From Balanoglossus misakiensis (Eukaryota > Animalia > Hemichordata): a DNA stretch of 64,000 nt. The stretch spans positions 3,710,783 to 3,774,782 of the forward strand of contig CM082580.2 in assembly GCA_040954595.2 (NCBI GenBank). The letters run 5' to 3'. The notes under the pieces were generated by a model. It saw nothing but the letters and a program-made list of their open reading frames with translations. It did not search any database and was not told where the DNA came from. Each line of letters opens with the position of its first letter. Positions within the stretch are counted from its first letter, which is position 1. Of this stretch, positions 55,701-64,000 are shown one piece after another. The translations under genes were made by a program, and so were the position numbers.

Positions 55701-58700
55701 CGCAGAAGCCAACACACCGACCGTAAATATGCAATGTTTTTTTATTCAAATTTCTCTGTCAACTTTGAAAACTGGGAAAAAGTATGACTTCAACAACGAC
55801 CGGTTGAAGTTCACCAGAGGTAGTCGCCTGGTTGGGAGTGGCCGTAAGGTGTCATATTCAGCTGAGACCGACAAATCCATTTTGCAGTGGATTCTGCAGC
55901 AACGCGAACTGCAGATCTCCGTCACCATCGATGCGATCTGTAACCAAGCACTGCAGATGGTAAAACCTGAGAACCGCGACTTCAAGGCATTCAGAGGATG
56001 GTGTCATAAATTCATGAAACGACATGTACTTATCCTCCACAGTCGTTGAGGGCGCACTTACATAAATGGTGGCCATTTTGAATCTAACTAAGTTACCATG
56101 AGGCAAACACTTGTGAGTGAGACATCGCTTTCCCCAAAAAACTTCTGGCCAACCTGCAACAGCTGATGACCAGCTTCCACGAATATGTCTGAAACAAGCG
56201 GCTCGCAGACGATTTCAATGTTATTGGGAACATGGACGAGAGGCCCATCTACATGAACTTTGATCTGGTCCCCCAAAAATGGTTGAGAAGAGTGTATGAA
56301 GACCGTTGAGACCGACAAATTCTTTTGCAGTGGATTCTGCAGCAACGCGACCTTGAGATCGCCACCACCATCGATGTGATCTATTGCCACGCACTACAGA
56401 TGGTAAAACCTGAGAACCCCGACTTCAAAGCATCCAGAGGATGGTGTCATAAATTTCATGAAACGACACGAACTTGTCCTCCGCAGTAAGACATCGGTTT
56501 CCCCAAAAAACTTCAGGCCAACAGCTCATGACCAGCTTCCACGAATATGCCCGAACACAGCGGCTTGCAGACGATTTCGATGTTGTTGTGAACATGGACC
56601 AGACGCCCGTCTACTTTGATCTGGTCCCGAATGAAACTGTTGAGAAGCGTGGTACAGAGAGCGTGAAAGTACGAACGACCGGCGCTAAGAAAAGACATCT
56701 GACCGTGGTATTGGCTGTAGCGGCGAACGGAGATGTTCTACCGCCCTTGATAATCTTCAAGGGGAAGCGAGAGTTGAAGCTGAAGCATCCACCAGGTTTT
56801 GTCATAGCTGTTTAACCGAAAGGCTGGATGGACGAGGACATAATGGTGAGGACGTGGGTGGAAGAAATTTGGGTGCTATACACCGAGCGTCACTACACGA
56901 TCATCCTTCCAAGCCCATAAAAACCGATGCCATCAAGTCCAAAATCCGTCGAGCAAACTTGGTGATGGCAGTGACACCCGGTGGATGTACCTCAAAGCTC
57001 CAGGCTGAAAAAAACATCCTCCTGAAAAATGCAGACAAAGACTACCGCAGCATCTTGAGACTGGTGGTCAGCAGACATTCAGACGCAATTCCAGTTCTCT
57101 CTAAGATGGCTGCCATAGCAATGGTTCTTCCTGTATCTACTGCAGGTTAGTTATCCACAGAGTATTTATGAAACAGCCATGCTCCATCCAGCATTTACAA
57201 ATATTTTAATTAAATTTCTTCTAAGCCTCAACCATGTCCCTTCCATTTATAACTTGTATTGACAGGTCATGTTCTTTCTTCTTCCTTTTCAGATTGTGAG
57301 AGAGGCTTCTCGACACTGGGGAGAGTGAAAACACAAGCACCAAACAGAACCCTGCAGACTTTCTGAGACGATTTTGAGGTGTCTGTTGTTCAGCAAGATT
57401 GAAGGGCCATAAATACACTACAGCATTACAATTTTAGCAAGGATGTGGACAGGTGGGCCTCTCAGAAGACCAGGCGGATTAGTTTCGAGTAGATTAGAGT
57501 AGACCGGGCATCCAGTAAACATAACAAATAGCCTTTAGTTAGTTAATACATAAAATGTGGAATATTCTTTTTTTTTTGTTATTTTGTGTAATATGATTTA
57601 AAATTGGATATTGCTATGTCAATTGTGGTACTTTTTAATGGAATTATCTTATTGTAATAAACATAAAACATGAAAAACTGTAGAATGGCTCTTGTCATTA
57701 ATTTACCCAGATAAACATTTGCTCCAGTATTATGCAAATTGATTGTTATGTAGATTTATTAGCCGATATCCTGTGATTTTTTTTCCCGGGGAAAACACTG
57801 TCCAGCCCCTTGATGTTGCCTTGAACAAGCTGTTCAAAGCAGACCTCCGTGGATCCTGGACATCGTACATCCAGGAAGCAGCACAGAAGGCCCTGGAAAA
57901 TGAAGACGGAGAAAGCCGCCTCACAACCGCCGATTTTCAGACCATCGTTCAACGCCATCACATGGAAAGAACTGAAGATGACGCCGGTTATGGTGGCGAA
58001 ATCGTTCAAGGGTTTGCGGTATCAACAATGCCTTAGATGGCAGTGAAGCAGGGCTGACCAACAACAATCAGGTCGTAGCGGGCATTGCTAGTCGACATAT
58101 TCAACAACGAAGATGATGAAGTCGATCCGTTGTTTGAAGGATTCACCGCAGATGAGTTGGCTAAATATCATCATGATAAACACAGTTTGGAAATGAGATT
58201 TTAAAAAACCACATTAATTAACTGTGTCCTGAGCATTAAATATTTCATTTCGATAAAGATGGTGATCCATTCTTAATTAATTCTGTCAGGGGAGACCCCA
58301 GTCTTGGACCTGCCTCTTGTCAGACTGAACAAATTATGAAATGATAAAAAGTTTTGATAAACTTTTACAGCATTTTGAATATAAGAAATGCAGTTTGGAA
58401 ATGAGATATAATATAAACACACCAATAGCTGTGTCTGGACAGTGAAGTGATGGCATTTTAAATTTTTATTAGGCTTATTTACAAACACAGCTTTTGGTGT
58501 GTTTTTTATCTCATTGCAAAGGAACTTCATTTATATGTATAATATACACACACAAAGTCATACTGTGACTGAACAAGGATAAGACATTACTCCTGTAATG
58601 GATTAAAACTCTATAAAAATTCAACTTACAGATTTGACTGATGTTTCTTTCCTTGTGTATGGGCTAAATAACTACCTTCATTGTTGTGTAAAGTTAAACA

Positions 58701-59223
58701 TAATTTACACTCATAGGAGCCCAAGTGGTTCTTCATAAAATAAGGATCCTGAAAAAAATAAATATAATGTGCAAATTAACTAATTTCATCTTTTACTTCT
58801 AAGCTGAATTTAAGGATGCGAGGCACATAAAATAGACCCTATCAGGAAACGAATTGTAGTTTTCTGTCAATCATTGAAGTCATCAACCCCCAAAAGCATA
58901 AAATGTTTTAAACACAGTGAAACCCAATTGATGAATGTCCTGAACACAACATGGTGTGCAATGTCAAGCTTTCTGATGTTTCACAGTCCATACTAACTGA
59001 AATTTAATTCAGTGACAAACTAACTGTGTTTTCTGGTTTCATACAAGTAGGCAGATATCTCAAGACTAGATGCCAGGCAATGAATCGCAAGCCCTACCTT
59101 TGCGAGATCTATAGTCTCTAACGCAAGCTGCCGCAGCCTCTCCCGCCTATCCCTGTTACTCTCCGATGCAGAAGCCACACCACCACTGCCGGTTTTGCCA
59201 CCGGCTCTGTGTTGAAAATCCAT
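52729..59223 (-). CDS. SF3A2: Splicing factor 3A subunit 2 (SF3a66/PRP11)
   Basis: Exons (-): 59223-59098, 58748-58630, 55158-55049, 54815-54766, 54552-54412, 53677-53609, 53061-52729. Translation MDFQHRAGGKTGSGGVAS...DPYFMKNHLGSYECKLCLTLHNNEGSYLAHTQGKKHQ (U1C/matrin Zn finger)...KFVKIGRPGYKV...PRHRFMSAYEQKIEPPD...KFWTHWN...FFLQF, then a Pro-rich tail. Confidence 0.98.
53221..53388. mobile_element. Short hAT-like MITE with 6-bp TSD
   Basis: TACATG|CAGTGTTTTGGTTAAGG ... CCTTAGCAAAAACACTG|TACATG. Confidence 0.7.
53742..54342. mobile_element. hAT-like MITE with 5-bp TSD
   Basis: TACTG|CAGTGTTCTCCCCCAGA ... TCTGGGAAGAACACTG|TACTG; subterminal TAGGATATCGGC near both ends. Confidence 0.75.
55729..58170 (+). 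pseudogene. Degenerate pogo/Tigger-type DDE transposase inside SF3A2 intron 2 (antisense to SF3A2)
   Basis: CENP-B-type HTH (ILQWILQQRE...FKAFRGWCHKFMKRH); DDE_1 motifs NMDQTP, TVVLAVAANGDVLPPLIIFKGK, GWMDE, PGGCTSKLQ/PLDV; C-terminal FEGF; stops, frameshifts and an internal duplication. Confidence 0.9.
57004..57800 (+). mobile_element. 5'-truncated hAT element with an intron-containing dimerization-domain remnant, inserted in the pogo ORF
   Basis: PVLSKMAAIAMVLPVSTA|intron 57146-57292|DCERGFSTLGRVKT...WASQKTRR; right TIR ...GGGGAAAACACTG; TCCAG duplicated at 56999-57003 and 57801-57805. Confidence 0.82.
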
Positions 59224-60352
59224 GGCTGGATATTTTTTGAGACTTTCTCAGGACTGGAAGATGATGTAAAGACAGCCGAAGTCTGGTGAAAGATAAAATA
59301 CACAGCACATACATGTAAGAACAAAACCCTGGTTATCATACTACATTTCTACAGTTCTGCTGTTATAAATGGCAGCTGTTGGAGCTTTTGATGCATGTAC
59401 ATATTCCGTATGCGTACATGTATATAAAAGATGTTTTTTTTTTTACTTCTGATTTAGCGTTCTACAAGTGATGACAAAGAATGCATTTGCCCATCATGTA
59501 GTCAACTGCACTGGTCCACTGAATAACCCTAACCCTGACTCCATTCCAAGGAATTTCATCTGATGGAAAACTACAATGTAACATTTTCACCAAGCATTGT
59601 CACATGCACTGTATCTGGTTATGTGTGAATGCCCTGTTTTACAAATGATGCCTATAAACATGGCTTTCGTTGTTCATATCTTCACATCGAGTCCCTGTAT
59701 TATTTGCCTCCACTTGTACCTATCCTCTTGCTTCAGTACAGTATCTCGAGGTTTTGCCCACAAGCTGCACTGTACCAGGTAGTTTAAGGATACGTTCCTA
59801 TGCACCAATACACTTTATCAATGCACAGGAACATACCCTAAGTTAACTTAGCTGCAATGATTGTAGCGGGTGCTGCTTGGTTGACTGGTGTGCAGCATAA
59901 CCAGTCAACCAAGCAGCACCCGCTACAATCATTGCAGCTACCCGTAGTGCCGACTGTGGTTTTGCCTGGTAATGTGGTACATGTATTGTGTTGCCATTCA
60001 CACGCAATACCAGTCAAAACCTACCCGGTACACTTGAGTTTATGTTACAATACAGTTGCAAAAAACTGCAATGATTCATTGTAGTGGGTGCTGCTCGGTC
60101 AACAGAGCAGCACTGGCTACAACCATTGCAGCTACAGTCTACACATGCGACACGTACATATTTGTACGTACACTACACGTACAGTTGTACAACTACAAGT
60201 TACAACAGTCAAACATGGACACAAGCTACAAGTTTACATTCATCCGTTTCGCTGCTGTGTAATGATTGGTTCTGGTGGTATTAACAAAGCTCTCAACATA
60301 AAAATAATATAAGAAAACCCGCATGGGTGTATACGTTCAATTCAATACTTAC

Positions 60353-60680
60353 TAAATCATAAACAAGTAGTAACTTCAGAGACAAAACGTAAGTCCCACG
60401 CTATCGTACAACAACATGGCTTCTACCGGAAGTAGTAAATCCTCTTTCAAAGATATGAAATGGCAACCAAAAGTCTTCTTTGACTTGAAGAATTCTTCCA
60501 AAAAATGTTGATTAAATATTCCTAATATTATTATTTTAATAAAGATTTTCCAGATTTGATGTACATATTTATAAAAGTTCAAGGTTAGAAATGCATTGGA
60601 TTGATGCATTATCATACTAGTGTACGAGCCTAGACAACCCCAAACAAATATGGCGGACTGGATACCTGAGCGTAACTGGT
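60353..60680. promoter_or_regulatory. Putative bidirectional promoter and first exons shared by SF3A2 and the downstream + strand gene
   Basis: Minus-strand donor (TACTTAC) at ~60346-60352; ETS motif CCGGAAGT at ~60426; YY1-like AACATGGC (~60413) and AATATGGCGG (~60647); plus-strand candidate donor TG|GTAAAC at ~60678. Confidence 0.55.
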
Positions 60681-61120
60681 AAACGAGTTTACATCTGGCG
60701 CGAAACATCTGTCACCCATCAAGATGGGAGAGGCATTCACCACCACGGGTTAAGAAATAGCCCAGGAACAATACGGGTAAGGGTCTTCTCTTTGATGATG
60801 TAATTCTTTCGATATGCTGGTGGAAACATGTGCACGCACTGGCTCACAGATACGGGCTTGCATGCAGTGCCTAACGGCTGTCGATACGAGCTTGAAATGA
60901 CAGGTGCACGGCGTAGGGAATTTGGATCAGACACTGCACTGTCCCCCCTGGATCGACGGTGGGTCAGGTGAAGTTCGCAGTCTGATCCCTGTTGACCCAA
61001 ACATGCCATTATCAAATGAGTTTCATCATAATGTCTATGTGCTTGCATGCAGGATCATCTTTCATCATCATCATCAGAAAACACACAAACACAAGCTCCA
61101 AGTTGTAACCTGAAAACAAA

Positions 61121-64000
61121 ATGTCTGATTTGGGTGATAGAAGAGATAGGGACAAGAGCTCAGAGTATATGGCGGACTTGCGATCGTCTATCTGGAAAAG
61201 TGTGAAAGAAGACAGGGCAAGACTTCTGCAAGACATGGAACAGCACCGAAGGTATACACACCAGGAAAGTTTTCTTATCATGGACAAGTGAAATTGTAAA
61301 GTCACCTGCCCTGTGGCAAGTGAATACGTGAACAATTTCTCGAGGGCTGACTTGTATTGTATTATTATTTTTGCCACTACCAGTATCTGTACCAGTTGTC
61401 TGTTATTTTAATTTACAATTGAATGTTCACTGATGATAACAAAACCTCCCATGAAACACTATTAAAGCGTGTTACATGTTGATATAAGTTGAAAGTGGAG
61501 AAACAAGAAATTGCTGTTGAAGTATAAGTTTGACATTAGAAATATATATCTTTCAGTTCTCATGCTGGCCAGAGTGGTGACCCATATGATGGTCAATTTG
61601 ACCTGAACACGTTGAGGTCCAGGAGTTCCGTCCTCAGAGAAGACAGTCCCAGTGAGAGAAATCAAAACAAGTCCAGCAGAGGTATGAGCCAGGTGTCTGT
61701 AGGAGGGGCCACGTATCGTGTTGAGTCTTCAGAAATGTTAAACAACAGCAGGCCAAGGACTAGCAGTCAGAGTAGCAGTGGAAACATCAGTGATGTCAGA
61801 CAGATCAACCAGACACGCCACGCATCAAATTCAGTTCCCAACACTGCAATGACCTCAACTCACGGCAGAGGGCAGAAATATCACAATGGAGAAATCAGCA
61901 GAGAGAACGTTGGTGAAAACGAGACTCTGTTAAAGTTACCAGAGGTAAGCGTCCCGGCGAAAGACACACCACGAACGCAGCAGCTGAAAGATCTACGATC
62001 CAAGAGACTGGCTTACTTTGAAAAGCATCTCGATAAGCCGGTAGCAAGCAAAGGAGGTGGGAAGGAGCAGAAGAAATCGCCCAGGAGGAAGACACCGAGA
62101 AGTTTGTCGCCACGGAAGCCGGAGAGTGCTACATCAAGCGATGTAAGATTACATTTTGATGCGTTTGATGAGAAGGTGGAACACACCAATGCTTTCATAG
62201 TCAGCGATCCGCAAAGAGTAACTACTGATAAGTCGAAACGTGTGAGCTATGAGCATGTGAATGATGTCACCAGCCTGATTGGCGAGTCTTCTCCACCCAG
62301 AGAACCCACTGACTTGCACAGTGGCCGGGATGTAGGGATGACTATGGAAGCTTCTTCGCCTGAACTCAACGTCGACCCTGTTGTTGATCTGCTAGGATTG
62401 CAGAAAGCACTTCAACACGGCGATGAGGGACTGCGGCAATACCTGCTAGACATGGGAAGAAAAAGTGAAACCAGTCAGAGCAGACACCCCACAGATCAAA
62501 GGAAACCCGATAAACATATCAGAACTAATGTAAGAGATCATATCGTAGACTCACCAAGAGAGAATGCACCTAATAGCTTTGACACTGCGTCTAGTAAAAC
62601 ATCACCACATTCACTTCGGGACCTAACACCCCCGAAGGCGCACGCAAAAAGAAACGATGGATTTCCTATGACGCAGAATATTTGGGAAGAGAGGGTTCAC
62701 AGAGAAAGTCCCAGGAGCAGAATTTCCAGTCAACCAGGCAAGCCGAAAGAAACCAACCTGTCTGAACACAAATCCAAAATCGGAAGTCCAAGCGTCACCT
62801 CCACTGAATTGCAAAATCTCGGTCTTTACGAAGACCTGTTTGTGCAGAGCCGAGAAGAGGAGAGACTGAACAACGAAATGACCAATCTGAAGTCCTCACT
62901 GATGCGAAGCGGTCCACCCTTCAAGAGGAACTACGACAGAAGCGATCCGCAGCCCAGCGTGTATCTGACCGAGGTGCCACAGAATGCCGACAGCGCGGGA
63001 AGGCAGAGCGGATCAGACAGAACTCGGAAACAACGCAACGTGGGCCGTAATTTCAGCGAGGGCAGCTGCTCCGAGTCGGACTCTACAGGTAGCGCCGACG
63101 GGGACGGTTATCACCAAGTACAAAATAGATGGAAAAAGCACGAGGGAATTGACAGCAATGGAAGTGACATTGAACTAGAAACTCACCGTCCAGACATCCG
63201 TCCAGTTTCACCGCTGAAGGAGGTGAAATCAAATGTCAAGGTAATATCTCACCAACATCAGTCTTATGGTGCCGAGTGGGACATCCCAAATGCAAGCAGC
63301 ATGATCAGCCCAAAACTTCCGACTCCGAAGAAACCTGAGGATGTACCAAATTTAATGCTGGAGCCGTCTTCTTCGTCTGAAGAGAGTGACCATCTAGAGT
63401 TCATGGATTTCCCGAAGAAGAAGAGGACCAAGAAGAAACAGGCCCTCGCTGACAGCCACTCCGATTTCACAAACATCACAGAACTGAACCGGGACAAAGT
63501 CAAACTAAGCAAGCAGAAGAAGAGGGTGATGAAATCAGAGTTGAGTTTGAGATTGTCCCTGGACAGCACGGTGTCTGGTGGCAGTGAATTTGTCGACTCG
63601 GAAGTGTCTGAGTTCAAAGATTCGAACGTTAAATTGGGTTCTCAGAAATTGCTGCAGTCAGGTGTTGGTGGCGGTCAGTTGTCTTACGGCCCAAGTGCGC
63701 CGAAATCAAGCGCCAAGAAACCGCACACAAACAAATCTGAGTCGGCAACAAAGTCGGCACTTTCATCAAAACTAAGTTTAGACAGTGCTGAACCCAGTTC
63801 ACACAAGCACATGCCTGTTAGAAGCGGAGACCCCACAAAAACTGCCGGTGAACCAAGTCAGAAGTTCGGCTCTGAAAGAGTTGATTTGATGAATGAAATG
63901 TACGACCACTGGGCAGATGCTGGCTCCACCACAAAAGCCGCTCATAATGTATTCCTAAATGATAGAATAGACGGGATTGATTCGCCCAGAACTGACTACT
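61121..64000 (+). CDS. Uncharacterized large, mostly disordered Ser/Arg/Glu-rich protein, 3'-partial
   Basis: Coding exon 61121-61251 (MSDLGDRRDRDKSSEYMADLRSSIWKSVKEDRARLLQDMEQHR, in-frame TAA upstream), GT-AG intron, then an exon from 61557 that appears open to the window end (>2.4 kb). It is absent from the ORF track because it has no stop in the window. Confidence 0.8.

Noticed and set aside
55729-58170. Domesticated pogo-derived gene (POGK/TIGD-like)
   Set aside because: Stops, frameshifts, a duplication and a nested insertion show it is non-functional

Overview
Eukaryotic, intron-rich genomic DNA from a metazoan. The exon style and repeat families suggest an invertebrate deuterostome, but the species is an inference. 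The ORF track is fragmentary because the genes are spliced. (1) 97-43198 (+): the 3' portion of an RNF213/mysterin-family giant AAA+ ATPase/E3 ligase. I traced 66 phase-compatible exons covering the AAA core, the RING, the RZ finger and the C-terminus; the 5' end lies upstream of the window. (2) 48363-50810 (+): an unidentified 815-aa Ser-rich protein encoded by one exon. (3) 52729-59223 (-): SF3A2 with 7 coding exons; its intron 2 holds a dead pogo transposase interrupted by a hAT fragment. (4) 61121->64000 (+): the start of an unidentified, largely disordered protein, head-to-head with SF3A2. Introns carry many MITEs, hairpin elements and microsatellites. The most notable observations are an RNF213 RZ finger lacking the conserved IGGxxH histidine, a UBA-like insert ahead of the AAA core, two GC-AG introns, a near-perfect 634-bp nested palindrome, and an ataxin-3-like p97-binding motif in the last gene. 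All exon calls were made by eye, without transcript data.
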